Positions 48,766-62,454 of a DNA stretch of 64,000 bases are shown here, in pieces. The stretch comes from Camelus ferus (lineage: Eukaryota). Made by a program: the position numbers and the translations under genes. The stretch is taken from NCBI RefSeq assembly GCF_009834535.1, contig NC_045696.1, positions 22,632,001-22,696,000 of the forward strand, in the 5' to 3' direction. Below the pieces are notes generated by a model that was not told the origin of the DNA, did not search any database, and saw only the letters and a program-made list of their open reading frames with translations. Position 1 is the first letter of the stretch; every line of letters begins with the position of its first letter.

Positions 48766-51124
48766 AAAAATGAACAAAGGATGTAAAAATTCTTAATGTC
48801 ATGAAATAAACATAGATCAAACATTCATGATGAAACAAAATATACTGTGCTAGTGTGGGTATGTGAATGTCTGGTGATAAGACAATAGATTAAAATCATT
48901 TTCAATGGTTTTTAGACTATATTTTTGCACCAAACCATAGAGGAAGAGAAAGAGAAACTAAAGACAACACAGTTTCTAGTTAGTCACTTTTGCTTGGTGA
49001 AGACATTTATGACAAGATAGAAAAAAGTCGACAATGCAAAAGATACAATTTGGAATTAGTTTGCAGGAAGGTTTATCTATGATTTCCATTTTCTTAAAAT
49101 CTATCAGCTCCCAAATGTATATCAACCTAGCTAGCATGGGTGTATGTGCACTTGACTTTATTTCCCACCGAAGAACATGAAGTCATCTTCCCACTGGATA
49201 ACTTGTAGTCACACAGGACACAATATTTAGAAAGAAATCAAGGTCATTAAAAGATAATAAGAAAGAGAAGCTCTTTTGAAAATAAACTCACTTTTGTTAT
49301 TGGTCAGGCCTTGGCAAACTACCTAACTCCCAACAACACCCACCAAAAGGACCTGTTCTAAATGTGATGGCCCGTTAATTCTAGGCACCTGATGCCTACT
49401 GGAAAAACCACTTTCCTGGGATTCCCGAGGAAATTCACCTTTGCCCCTCCTTTGCCTCTCATGACTGTGTCATAGGGCAACTCTTTAAACTTCTTAGGGT
49501 CACATTTTGCTCTCCTCTAAAATGAAGCCTAGATGACCACTAACCTCTTCCAGATTCTGAGTTCTTCTTGATTCTGGCTTCTCATTTCCTTTCAAGGGGA
49601 TACAAGCCCTGAGGGAATGCTGGCAGTTGTCAGCATTCTAAAAATCAGGATCTGATAATTATATCTACTGTGTAAGTAGAAGCTGGCTGTACTAAAACAT
49701 ATGCCCTACTGATATTTAAATCTACATGCTTCAAAGTGCTGTTTTTCAAAATTTGAGATTATGTTTTCTGTGTGCCCACGAATTCTAGATAGAAGAGAAA
49801 CCCTAAAATATGATTACTTCAGCGTGCATTTTGCTTCAGTTTATAGTCATTAGCTAAATGATTGCTATTTTCATTTATAAATAAACCAATACCCAAAATA
49901 AATGATATTTATCCATGTGTCATAGTTTGATCTAAAAAGCTGTTCTGAGGGAAGGCTGTAGAATTTAGGCAGATTACAAAGCAGATAACCACCTGCTGGA
50001 GAACACAGAACCAGCTCAGGAGCTGACTTTGACAGTGCAGTCTGATTGTGTTTTACGTACATCCCTCTATTCTGTTCCAGTGATGGTTGTCTGCTGGCCA
50101 ACTTTGAAATAGATGTCTCGGTTTAAACCAGATCTCATTTAATTTTGCTATGTCCCTGGGCAGTGTAATTGTACTTTCACAGATTCAGACTTTGTGTACT
50201 GAAATTTCAGACAATTACTTATATCATAATAGATCACTATTGTGAAACAGTCTATGTTATAGGCAGGACACAGTGTACAGAACATTATATTAGAGAAAAG
50301 TCTTCCTCACCACTCATGATGATCACAGAAGAGTTTAAAATGGGATCTAAAGTGGCAGCACATATCTACAAAGAAGATAAGAAAGAGTAAACAATTTTTT
50401 CTCTTTTTATTTTCCATTGTTTTGTAATGAGTTCAACTTGAAGAATAAGTGAAAAATAATGTGATATATAAATTAAACCAAAGTGCTTAGAATTTTAGTA
50501 AACACATATCTATTTTTCATAAACATCCTATGGATTAAAAACACAGTCCTTTATTTTGTTTCAGTCTTGATAATTTGCTGTTTTTATTCTGAGTGGGATG
50601 TTTGCTGCATCTTTATGTTATCTGCAATCTGGGGTCCTAAGAAGTTTGCCTGCAAGAGGAGATACAATATGTCTCATCCCAGCATGTTCTGCTGACTGTG
50701 TGTGTTCGGGCCTTTGGATGCAGATGACACCTGAATGCAGACATACAGCTGAGAAGCAGCAAGGAGAGCAGAACAGTGTCATGGACAGGACTGGAGTCAC
50801 TTCAGGGCACTCTTGGTTCACATGGCACTGTACACGTTTTATGCTCATGTGTAATAACTCACACGTTGTTATGTAACTGCATATGTGTGCCTTTGTATGC
50901 ATGTATGTATATATGTATGCCTATGTGTCTATGTATCTAAAAAGACCGTAAACTTGCAGAAGGAAGCAACTACAATTTCTACCAGTGTGTACAATTCCCA
51001 ACATTGATATCTGATATTGAGAAGGAATAGGCAGGGATTTGCAGCTCCCCAACACCAAAAAAAAAATTAATTATTCATGGTATGATTTTCTAATTCATGC
51101 TGCAAACTTTTAAAAACTCCACAT

Positions 51125-51700
51125 ATCATTGTTTATTCAACAGATATTTGTTTAGTTTTTACTTTGGACCAAGTACTGCCCTGGACACTGGAAATATTGC
51201 TATGAACAAAATAGAAGTATATAAGAAGCATATACTCTAGTATAATATCAACAATAAAACATCATTTACTCTGTCCCTATCTAAACATTCTTTTTAATAT
51301 TCCTAAATCTCTAACCATATATTAAATAACAACACTTTATGATCAGTCAATAATAACAGGATTCTGTGCTTGGTGTTCTTCATGTTACAAGTATAGAACA
51401 TAGTCTTTAAAATTAAGAATTTATAATCAAACAAAAAACCCCACAAGAAATGCACAAATAAAAAGTTAATTAACTGCAATTTAAAACTAAATTTAGACAA
51501 AATAATAAACTGATGATGAAGATGGTGATGACAGTGATGATTTAGTGATGACAGTTTACACACTACTGAGCCCTTGCTAAGTGCCAGGCATATTGCAAAT
51601 TATTTACACATGTAATATCATTGATCACTTACAATAACCTTATGAATATAAGTATTGTTTTCATTCTTATTTGATCAGGTGAGGAAACTTAGGCACAAAT
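51125..51700. mobile_element. L2 tail (~51125-51245) and MIR (~51550-51700) fragments
   Basis: ttattcaacagatatttg...ctggacactggaaatattgctatgaacaaaa; actgagcccttgctaagtgccaggca...caggtgaggaaacttaggcaca. Confidence 0.65.
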
Positions 51701-51704
51701 TTTG

Positions 51705-51706
<2 letters not shown>

Positions 51707-51752
<46 letters not shown>
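51707..51752. repeat. (CA)n microsatellite
   Basis: Direct inspection. Confidence 0.95.
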
Positions 51753-51756
<4 letters not shown>

Positions 51757-52039
51757 TCCTGGTAGTGATTAAACTGGGTATTCATACATTATATCCACAA
51801 TAACTTCTGCTGGAATGAAGGACAAATATAATTCTCTCTAGACCAGGGGAGCAGGAAATCAAAGAATCAGATGAAACTAAATAACTTCCAAATAAGAAAG
51901 CACAGAAACATACAATACATAGAAATACACTGAAAAGACAGACATAGGACTTGTACAATAAGTATATTTTATTAAACATACAAAACATGTTTTAGTAAAT
52001 AGAAATGTGTACCATGTCCTTGGATAGAAAGACTAAGTA

Positions 52040-52267
52040 CAGTTCGCCTTTGAACAACGTGGGACCCTTGAATTGTGTGGGTACACATATACATGGATTT
52101 TTTTTACTACAGTACTATACAATCTGTGGTTGGTTGAATTCCTGGATACAGAGAAACCACTGAAACAGAAGGCCAGAGGGCCAGAGGGCCAGCCAGAAGT
52201 TATATGTGGATTTTCAGCTCTACAGAAGGTTGGCCCCCCAACCCCTTGGTTGTTCAAGGATCAACTG
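52040..52267. mobile_element. Tigger2-derived MITE
   Basis: TIRs cagttcgcctttgaacaac / gttgttcaaggatcaactg with TA on both sides. Confidence 0.9.
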
Positions 52268-52427
52268 TATATGTTACATTTTAAGGGTAACCACTGAAAA
52301 ATACATAGAAGGTATAACTTCCAAAATAGTACAAGGAAGACAAAGATAAGGCAATAATACTCACTCTACTGGAGGACTGGAGGAAGAAAACAGTTCACAC
52401 AGAAAATCATGGTAAATAGGAAGTATG

Positions 52428-53190
52428 TTTTTTTTCTTCAGTCTTTAAATTTGAAATGTAGTTGATTTATAATATTATATTAATTTTAAGTATACAACAT
52501 AATGATTCAATATTTTAATAAGTTAAACTCCACTTAAAGTTATTGTAAAATAATGACTGTATTTCCTTGTGCTATACAATGTATCTTTGTTGCTTATTTA
52601 TTTTATACATAGTACCTTGTATCTCTTAACCCCCTCCCCCATTCCTTCTTCCCATTGGTAACAACTAGTTTGTAATCTATATCTGTGAGTTTATTTCTGC
52701 TTTGTTATATTCAATAGTTTGTTTTATTTTTTAGATTTTACATGTCAGATTGGCTATTTTCAAAAAGTCTGCAAATAAAAAATGTTGGCAAGGATGTGGA
52801 GAAAGAAAACCATAGTACACTGTTGGTGGGAATGTAAATTGATGCTACCACTATGGAAAACAGTATGGAAATTCCTCAAAAAACTAAAAATAGAAATGCT
52901 ATATGATCCAGCAATTCCATTCCTGGGAATGTATCTGAAAAAAACAAAAACATTAATTTGACTATGCCCAACGTTCATAGCAGCATTATTAACAACAGTC
53001 AAAATATGGAAACAACCTAAGTGTCCAACAACAGATGAATGGATAAAGAAGATGTGGTATATACACACAATGGAATATTACTCAGTCATAAAAATTATTG
53101 AAATCCTGCCATTTGCAACAATGTGAATGGACCTAGAGGGCATTATGTTTAGTGAAATTAGTCAGACACAGAAAGACAAATACTCTATAA
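52428..53190 (-). mobile_element. LINE-1 with 5' inversion: antisense 3'UTR 52428-52745, sense ORF2 end 52746-53190
   Basis: Poly(T) plus 3'UTR to tttttagattttacatgt, then cagattggctattttcaaaaag...agtcagacacagaaagacaaatact. Confidence 0.85.
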
Positions 53191-53199
53191 TAGATTTAT

Positions 53200-53900
53200 T
53201 TTAAATGATTAAAATAATCTTAAAGATTATATGGAAGACTAAAAACTTTAATCTTAAAGATCTTAAAGAAGATCAAAAAAGAGAAACTTACCTTTTCAGA
53301 TACCAGATCATACACTTTGACATTGTAATCAAACTAATAGGGATTGGCATAGAAATAAGTAAATAGATCACAGCAGAATAGGGAATCTAGGAATTGACCC
53401 CACTATCAACAAAATTTAATATACTATCTTTAATTAATTATAGTAGTAATTAAATGTAATAGAGAGAAGATAAATTATTTAATAAATAATCCTACAACAC
53501 TCAGTACACTAAGGGAAGATCATATACACTACAAACACAAAATAATTCTAGATTGCTTTAAAACATTATGTAAATTAAATCAAAAAGTTAAAATATTTCC
53601 CAAAATGTAGGATCATACATGTACAGTATGAGCTAACCCTCTGGGCAGTCAAAAATCCACATATAATTTATAATCAGTCCAGTTAGGGAAGAGAAATTCT
53701 TAACTAAAAAGCCAGAAGCTATATAAGATAAAAAAAAAAAGTAGGCAAAACTCTTTCTATTAAAATGTAAAATTTTGATAAAAATTTACTAGGAAAAAGT
53801 AATTAGACAAAACGTAGATGGGAACAAAAGATTTGTAAACAGATGACAAGGGATTAATATCTATAATATCCAAAATATTAAAACATTGACAAGAATAAGG
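53200..53900 (+). mobile_element. Old L1 ORF2 fragment (L1ME-like)
   Basis: ttggcatagaaataagtaaatagatca; taaattatttaataaat; acaagggattaatatctataatat. Confidence 0.55.
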
Positions 53901-55104
53901 TACTTGGTTTCATAACTACTGGCAGAAAACATGATGCCTAGATCAGAGACAAAAAACAGTTCTTTTTTTCCTCACAGTAATGACACTAGCCAGAGTAACA
54001 GCATTGTGCCAGTTCTTCAAGCCCCAATTTCTACAGGGTGATGTGATGAGAGGTTACTGTTGCTTGCGCATTGCATTGCAGGCATCATAGGAATGGAACA
54101 CTGATATTAGGACTTATAGAGTTAGGTCTTATAGAGTTATCAAGCTTTGTGTACTCCACTGACTCAGCCCAAAAAAGATACCATTTATGCCAGAGAAGAT
54201 AAAAAACTTTGCAAGACTCACAAAGTCACAGTAATTTTGGTCATAGTAGGTCTATTGAATGGATCAATAAAACACAAAAGCAGGGCATCTTCCATTTAGA
54301 TAGAATCAAATGTTAAAAAAGGAAAAGCAACACCTGTTCCAGATTTAAAGAGAGGAAATAACAAGAAAGGGACGGATGAGGAGAGCTAGAGTTTGAGGAA
54401 TAGGCAAAACAGCCATGAGCAATAAGACTACTAAATCATCTTCTTTTATTCATATATGTAAAATGCTTCATTCATCCTGAGGACCACCATGGGCTGGGGC
54501 TACTAATCAAAATAAAATTCATGCAAATATATGTACATAACTTGCAGATGAGCCATGGCCTCCAGGTTTCTGGAAAGTTGCCAGTATTGTCCTTGATAAA
54601 GCAAAGTTTAGGCCCTTCCTAAGCTCTGAAATTGTTGTTTCTTTGTTAGAAATGCAGCGTTCATGAACAGTGACGAGGGGAGAGAGTGAAGCAAGAGGCA
54701 GGGAGGTTAACCGGTCAGCATCTTTATTAGAAGCATATACCCCACTTTTCTGTACATCACAGGAGAATTATGAGCTCTGGGATATGTAATATTTCCAGAT
54801 ATAAAAAGACTCACATCAGCAATCAGTATGAAAGAACATATTATTATTCATAAGCAGATTTTAAAATTGTAAACAAATTGTAATTCTTAAAATTTCTAAG
54901 CATTGAAACAATTTTATAATTTAAAATTTATCTCATCAAATGTTCTGTTGGGATACTGTTAATTATAACTGGATTATCTTTCTTTTGTTCAAATGAGGGA
55001 CAGATACTGTAATTGTACATTGTTGGTTCCATATTGTGGGGATGCTGTCCCAGAGAAATAGTGGGATAGAGTGTTGTATACTGTTTTTTACCATGAGTAT
55101 CTTT

Positions 55105-55350
55105 TAAAATTAATTAATTAATTAATTAATTAATTAATTGAAGTATAGTTGGTTTACAATGTGTTAATTTCTGGTGTGCAGCATAGTGATTCAGTTATAC
55201 ATATGTTTTATCCTTTTTCATATTCTTTTTCATTATAGGCTATTATAAGGTATTGAATATAGTTCCCTGTGTTGTACAGTAGGGCCTTGTTGTTTATCTT
55301 TTTTATATAGTTAGTATCTGCATATCCCAAACGCCCAATTTATCCCTCTG
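55105..55350 (-). mobile_element. L1 3' end whose tail has become (TAAT)n
   Basis: (ttaa)n at 55109-55139, then gaagtatagttggtttacaatgtgttaatttctgg. Confidence 0.85.
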
Positions 55351-55464
55351 TTGTGCATTTGTCAGGAAGAGTATAAGAGTATAAGGTAATTAAGTAGGTG
55401 TTAAGAGGGAATTAAGAAAGTTTATATAAAATTCAATGAAATATTCATGAATGTAGGGTATATT

Positions 55465-56135
55465 TTTTCATTCATCCATTCTTTCATCAAGTAAATATTA
55501 TTAAGGTATTGAAGTAAGATGCTAAGAACATAGTAATTAATGAGACACAAGCCCTACCTGTAAAGGACTAAAAATCCAGTGGAAAAGATAGATGCATAAA
55601 CAATTGAGAGGCATGTAATGAAAGGCATGTAATAGAGGGTGCTGTTGGCTTGTCAAAGAAAAGACTAAACCATTTTGCAAAGCTGGTGTTTATTTTTACT
55701 GATCTCCAAAGATGGCTACTATCATTTTCTTCCCTCTGTGAACACACTGGGTGCTCTTTCCTTCAAGAGATGGTGTGTTTTTTCCCTTCAGCATGAGTCA
55801 GGGTTCTTCAGAAAAACAGAAGCAGTAGGATATATATATCATCAAATGTTCTTTGATGAAAATCTTAAAGGTCACTTGAAGAATGTGACTTAAAGGCAAC
55901 TTGAAGAATGAGAAAGAGCACAGTCTGACAAAAAGCAAAGAAATGAGCACTCTAGACAAAGGTGTGGCAAGTACAAAGACCTCAGGTAGAAGAATTTGGC
56001 AAGTTAGAGCAATGAGAGTATCTCTTGAGCAGAGTAACCAGGGAAGAGTGGCAAGATGAGGTAAGCGAGGAAGGAGAGGCTAGTTCATGCAATGTCTTAC
56101 AAGGGACTTTTAAGCCACTGGTTTTTATTCTAATG
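55465..56135 (-). mobile_element. L2 fragment with small embedded LTR pieces
   Basis: ttcattcatccattctttcatcaagtaaatatt...; MLT2-like gtcagggttcttcagaaaaacagaagcagtagg at ~55797. Confidence 0.55.
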
Positions 56136-56154
56136 TCTGTTACAAATATGCGAG

Positions 56155-56630
56155 TGTATTAGCTTCTATAGCTGCTGTAACAAATTATGACAAATTTAGT
56201 TCTTAAAACAATATACATTTATTATCTTACAGTTCTTGAAGTCAGAAGTCTGAAATGGGTCTCAGTGGGCTAAAACTGAGATATCAGTGGGGCTGCTATC
56301 CTTTCCAGAGTCTATTTGGGAAATCTATTTCCTTGCCTTTTCCAGCTTCTAAAGTCCACCTTCATCCCTTGGCTTCTGGCTGCTTCCTCCACCTTCAAAG
56401 CCAGCAGTTTGGCATCTTCAAATATCTCTCCCCTCCTCTTCCTCCCACTTGTGATTGCATTGAGCCCTCTCAAATAACACAGGAAAATCTCATCTCAAGG
56501 TCAGCTGACTAACAACCTTAATTCCATCTACAACCTGAATTCTCATCTGTCATCTAACCTAAATTAGTCACAGGTTCTGGGGATTAAGACATGGATATCT
56601 TTGGGGGGGGTCATTATTCTACCTGCAATA
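56155..56630 (-). mobile_element. MaLR solo LTR (MLT1C/D-like)
   Basis: tgtattagcttctatagctgctgtaacaaatta...cacaggttctggggattaagacatggatatctttgggggg. Confidence 0.9.
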
Positions 56631-58144
56631 AGATTAGCAGAGTGGGGTCATCATGGAAGAAACAACAGAGATGTTGGACTGGGCTGGCTTTCATATAGTC
56701 AGAAATTGTACCCACATCTGTATTTTTGTATACAAACATGTCCACTCCATTGAAAAACCTGCAGAGCCTCTGAGCCATCTAATAAATGTGTCTTGTATGT
56801 GCTACCAGCTGAATGCAAAAACAAAAGATTTTAAGAATCTGTTTGTTCTAGCAATCTTGTGCCAGGCTTTGTACATGAGCACGAGAATGTTTCAATTTGT
56901 CCTGGAAGCACGTACAATTTGGAAACATGTTCATGTTAATAATATCTGACTTGTACATAATTGACCCAGAGGAGGCTCAGCTTCTCCTTTTGATTTGACA
57001 GCTCTTCCTGTACTGTTCACTTGACAAATAGAGTGGCTCTCTCTCACACAATGGGGTTGATCTAATTAACATATGGAGGACACCAAACCTACCTAATTAT
57101 TTCTCAACACTTCTCTTTTAGAAAGTAAGTGAGAAACTTTTTTTTTTCCACAAGAGAGTAAGGATGTAAAAGATATTTAAACAGTCTCGTAATTCTGAAT
57201 TTGGCAACCAAGTTTGGGAAAGTCAATATCAAAAAGATTGATAAAAGGACATTTGACCATTATAGCAAGATATAAACATAAATTTTAGGTAACAAACTTG
57301 ATTAGTATTCATCAGAGTGATAACATATCAAAATAACATAGCAGAGGGTACTGTAATAAGGTAAGTTTAGTTCTTTCAGAAGTGAGAAATGTTATCATTT
57401 ATTATCAAATAATTCATAAGCATGATAATAAAACAACATCTCAGATGAGAGAATTCTAGTGAGTTAAGGAAACTCTGCTACCTGTGCAGAATACAGAGAC
57501 TAATTCCTTATCTTTTTTTAAAAAAAAAAAGATTAAATACTTCAAGGACAATTTTGACTTATCTGTCCTCTACTCTTTATCCTACCAAAAGTTTATTTGT
57601 CTAATGATTTAGATATGAGTCTATATAAACTTTTAATAAACATATGTTTAAGATGACAAAGCTTTCACCTTTAGCTTTAAGATACTAACTTACCAGCATA
57701 TTATAATGATATGTATAACTTGTTTAAGTTTCCACTTTAGAGGGATTACTCATTCATTAACTAGCCCAGGGTCTTAAGTCAATTAAGAATCTTGGAAATT
57801 ATCTTTAAATTGGTTTGCTAGAGCAACACAATCAAAATAGCATAAGTTTGTCAAAGAGATAATCTTCTTACAATTTTATCAAGAGAGTGTAGATGTAGTA
57901 ACTAACTTCACATGATTTGCAACACTGTCTCCAATTCACATGAGGATGTCTTTTAAAAGACATCAACATTTATAATTCAATTTAGCTTAACACATATGTT
58001 TCTATCCTCATAACCTTAAATAATTTTATGGAAATAATAATAATTGATCTTTCCCTTAAACTTAGCATAGGAAATTTACCAAGCTTTAAATGATTAGACT
58101 CACCATAAAAAATGATAACCAAGTCTTATGTAAAATATGCTTGC

Positions 58145-60400
58145 TGTGATGGAATGCAAAAATAACCAGAAATTATTCTACTCCTTTATGGATCTTGTTC
58201 TTCGTAGTGTAGCTTTGCAGCTCATCCATCAAGAAGTAGAATTGATCTTTCCACCTCTTGAGGCTGGGCCTGATTATGTGACTTGCTTTGGGCAAAAGGG
58301 TATTATCAAAGGTAGCATAAGATGAAGCCAGAAAAACATAGTGCACTGGGAACTTCTCTTGCAACTCTCATGTATGCTGCTACGACTAAAGGGGCCAATG
58401 TTAACATGCCAGATGATGAGTGAGTCATGCCAAGGTCATCCCCATCACCCCAACTGGCATCAAATCTACTCCAGATACATGAATTAGGCTATCTAAAAAT
58501 TTTTAGGACTAGACAGCTGGACAGAGAATGAGAAGGAGCAGGCAAATCACAGAATCATAAAAAATAATAAGTGTTTATTGTTTGCAGCAAATATTTAACA
58601 CAGCAAAAGCTAATTAATGTAAAAACTGGTATCTGAAACAAAACCTAAAGTATATAATATTGTCTTTTGAGTCAGGCTGTAGATGGAGGTTGAAAAACAA
58701 TGAGGCAACTGTTAGTAGAGACTGAAAAAATGGTGAGCCAGGTTATGACACAGTGGACCATTTAGCAAGACTTTCTTCTACAGGAATTTGGACAATAGAA
58801 AATGTACCTAAAGGACCATGGATCTATCTAAGGAGACTTTTGGACAGAATGCATAAAGTGTCAATTGACTTCTGCATATGATACTACATGGAAAGAGAGA
58901 TGAGCTAAAAAATGAGGTGTTTGAAAGATTTTAGAAGTAATAAAAATTATCCAAGACTTGCTGCATTAAAAAATAAAATTAGATTTTATCTTCCGTCTCT
59001 CAAGCTGTTAAAAATTCACAAAGAAGGAAAGTCTTAGTGTAAACATAAAATCAAGGGTGTAGCTAGAAGACCCTTTGTAATAATCTCTAAATCTTCTAAA
59101 TTAGACAGAAGAGCCCTCACAAGACAAATAGGCTCTTAATAATCTTAAGTGCATTTTTTCTTCCTACAGTAGCACACCACATCTGAAGTAGAGAGAGGCC
59201 TGTCTTGCAAAAAATTGGATGCAAAATTTAGGAGTAGAGAATTTTAAGAATCACAGAGAGTGGATGTGAATCAGATTCATGGGCGATCCATGAGGTTTTT
59301 AAGACCATTATACTAATAAAAGAACTGCCTGCTTTCACTCAAAGGGATTTCAGTAGTTCAAAAGAAATAAGATTTCCAGGCTCCTAACAGTCTATGGATA
59401 GAGATCAGAATGAGAATCACAGCCATTTCTTACATAAAGAGATGAAAATCCTAGATGAATATCCTTTCTTACATAAAGAGAATCCAGAGAATAGTGGACA
59501 AGCAAATTACTCTCAGAAAGCAGAAATGGATTCTAAACAAGGAACATTCCCAGATCCAGAGCAGGGGAACATTTTAACCTGTGCTTGGATGGATTACAGA
59601 ATTGTCTCAGACCAAGGATTGCTCTGTGCCTCTAGTTCCTTTTCTTTTTGATTAGAAGCAATTATTGCAGTTCTCTTGCTACCATCTCATCCTATTATAT
59701 TAGGTTAATTGGCAGTAGATAACTTATGCTTTTAGTTCACAGTTGTCTGGATGAAGAGCAGCTGCATCCAATGAGCCACATCCACATCCAGACAAGCAGA
59801 TCATGAGAACCTGGACTTCGAGCCAGATGCCATAAATGGTATAACTGAATCAGACTTTTGGCATCTGGGATGGGTGAACATATGTTACACATAGTAAGAA
59901 TAATTTGTGGCCAGAAGGCAGTCTGTGATAGATTGCAAAAATTGCTACAAATTTTCCATCTGTTTAACGTATCTCCTTGCAATTTGACTTTTATAGCTCC
60001 TCCCATCAAGAGGTAGAGTCTATTTCTTGAATCTAGTTCTTGAATCTGGGCTTAGTCAAGTGACTTGCTTTGGCCAATGAGATATTAACAGATATGACAC
60101 AAGTACAGGCTCTAAAGGACTTGTATATTGGGACTTGCTACCATTTTCTATACATGGAACTCTGCAACTACCACCATGTAAACAATCCTAGTCTGTTACA
60201 TGATGGTAGCCAAATCATCTCTATCACTCCAGGTGACCCTGAGCCAACTGCCTGAGGTCATCCTAGCCCATCCAGCTTCAGCCCAGACAAGAAAAATTGC
60301 TCAGCTAATCAGTTACTTCATATGAAACAGTAAAAGTATTGTTGTTTGAAATCACTAACTTTTGAGGTGTTTTGTGACACATGAAAAGCTAACTGATATA
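58145..60400 (+). mobile_element. Two-LTR MaLR provirus (MLT1G/H-like): 5' LTR 58145-58621, internal 58622-59923, 3' LTR 59924-60400
   Basis: LTRs start tgtgatggaatgcaaaaat / tgtgatagattgcaaaaat and end aaaagctaattaatgta / aaaagctaactgatata; shared ccatcaaga.gtaga and gtgacttgcttt. Internal part starts aaaactggtatc and ends tttgtggccagaaggcagtc. Confidence 0.85.
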
Positions 60401-61489
60401 TTGTATTCCTCATTTCATAGATAGAAAGATAGAAAATGCATAGTTCATTTAAGACAAAATCAATAAACCAATCTAATTCATTGAAAGGTTTACCTTGATT
60501 AGAAGGAATATTACCCAAATGAGAATGCTTATAATTCTTCCATATTTATTTACCAAATATTAGCCATTTTAAAGAAGATTTCACTACCTCATTTAATGAC
60601 TGTCATTAGCTTAATGATCATTTTAAAGTGTTATTTCATGTCTGGAAATCAACCTTTAACGTCACAGTTTGACTTTTCCTGAGAATACAGAGAAAGATTC
60701 TTTTTCTTTAAGGGACAACATATTTAAAGCACAAAGTATCTTTTTTTTTTTTTTTTACTTAACTCCTTTAAATGAAAGAAATTGTATAATATAGTCTATT
60801 AATCCCGTCCTGAGGAAGACAAAGGTATACCAATGTGTTTTCTCAGGAAATATTTAACATTCATACAGTGAAAGAATCTTATTAAACTTTTGGTCAAGCT
60901 AGGGAACTTTTGTATTTCCTCATACCTCCAGAGTATGTCATTATTTTTCAAAGCATTAAACCTTGAATATTTAGACTGGATTAGGATGTATAAGCTAGGA
61001 AAGTGTGATGTGTGGAGTTAAAAATATTGTTAAAATTTTTCTACCGGTTTTTCCTATATAAAAAAGAGAAAATTATAGACTTTTAGAGATTTCTTGAATA
61101 GTAATTAACAGAAGGTCATGAAGCATTATACAAGCCAACAGATCATTACCGTTTCATCTACCTTTTTAGGTCAATACTCTTCTTGGGCTCTTTCAAATAA
61201 ATGTTGACATCAAAACAGGGCCCTTTGCTCACTAGTCCATGCCAAATCTGCTTCTTTAATTATTTGCAAATCTTTCCATCCTTTTGACAATAGGCCTACC
61301 TGTTTTATTAGATATCCCTATAGTGCATGAAAATGAGCTTCTTATGATCTATAAACTTTTAAGAATAATTCCAAATAAAAATGGCATTAGGTAAAAGGAA
61401 GCACAATTACCGACTTTGGATTGTACAAAGCTAAGTCCTTTCATTCTGTAAAGACGGCAGAGATTTTTCTCAGTGACAAGCAATGGCAT

Positions 61490-61875
61490 GCAGAAAGTGA
61501 AAGGTTTAGACAGCTAAAGATGGATTGATTATAGGAAGGGAGAGAAATGTAGGAACCAAAAAAGACTTCCATGTTCTTGATGTTAACAGCAAATTGTTGC
61601 TCTTATTTATGGAAAGACAAATGAAGAAGGGAAAGATTTAAGGGAGTAAGAAAATGAAGAGTTAGTTTGGTATATGATACATTTGCAATGCTTGTGATAT
61701 ATCGAAATAGAGACATCAAGTGGGGAGATGGATATATGAGTCTGGATCTCAGAAGAAATTTTAGGGCTGGATATATAAATTTGGGACGCATACTAAAGCT
61801 AATGGAATAGATGAGATCATTCAAGGAGAAAGTTAAGGGGAAGACCACAATAAGGCTTAAAATTGAATCCTAAGA
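61490..61875 (-). mobile_element. L2 fragment
   Basis: ttgcaatgcttgtgatatatc...tggatatatgagtctggatctcagaag...gggctggatatataaatttggga. Confidence 0.75.
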
Positions 61876-62454
61876 AATAATTTCATATAAACTCACAAAA
61901 GGCCAAGTATTTGGACACACCTATATTTGTATTTAAGAGAGTGACATACTCAAGGGAATTCTCTAGGAAATGACAAATACATACTAGGCTCAGTCAATAA
62001 TGTTTCTCTCAATAGTAGAAAACCAGGAATGATATATTTAAGCTGGAAAAAAATTGAATAAATGTTGACTATCCTTATGATATTTCAATTAAGAGTGTAA
62101 AAATCTCATTACAGTAGAATTTTTTGGTGTGGAAAATTGTTGATAACATATGAATAAGAGGGAGAAGCAGACTAACATCTGTGTATGACAAAATACTATT
62201 TAAAAATAAATGTAAACATAAAAATGACTAGAAATACACATCTAGATACTGAGTGGTTATTACATGGCACTGTGAATATAGTTGTTTCTGTGCTTTTTTC
62301 CTTTGCTTGTGGTAAAGATTTACTGCATTGATCATAATCATGCTTGAAAAAAAGATTATCTGAAGATTTCAAATGGAAAATCATAATAATAATGATAATA
62401 ATACAGTAAGCAATTGCAACCAAGGAGATGTAGGAGGAAATTTTGGTGAAAACA

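Noticed and set aside
50598..50902. Opposing Cys/His-rich ORFs
   Set aside because: Driven by TG/CA-rich low-complexity sequence; no zinc-finger spacing or homology recognised.
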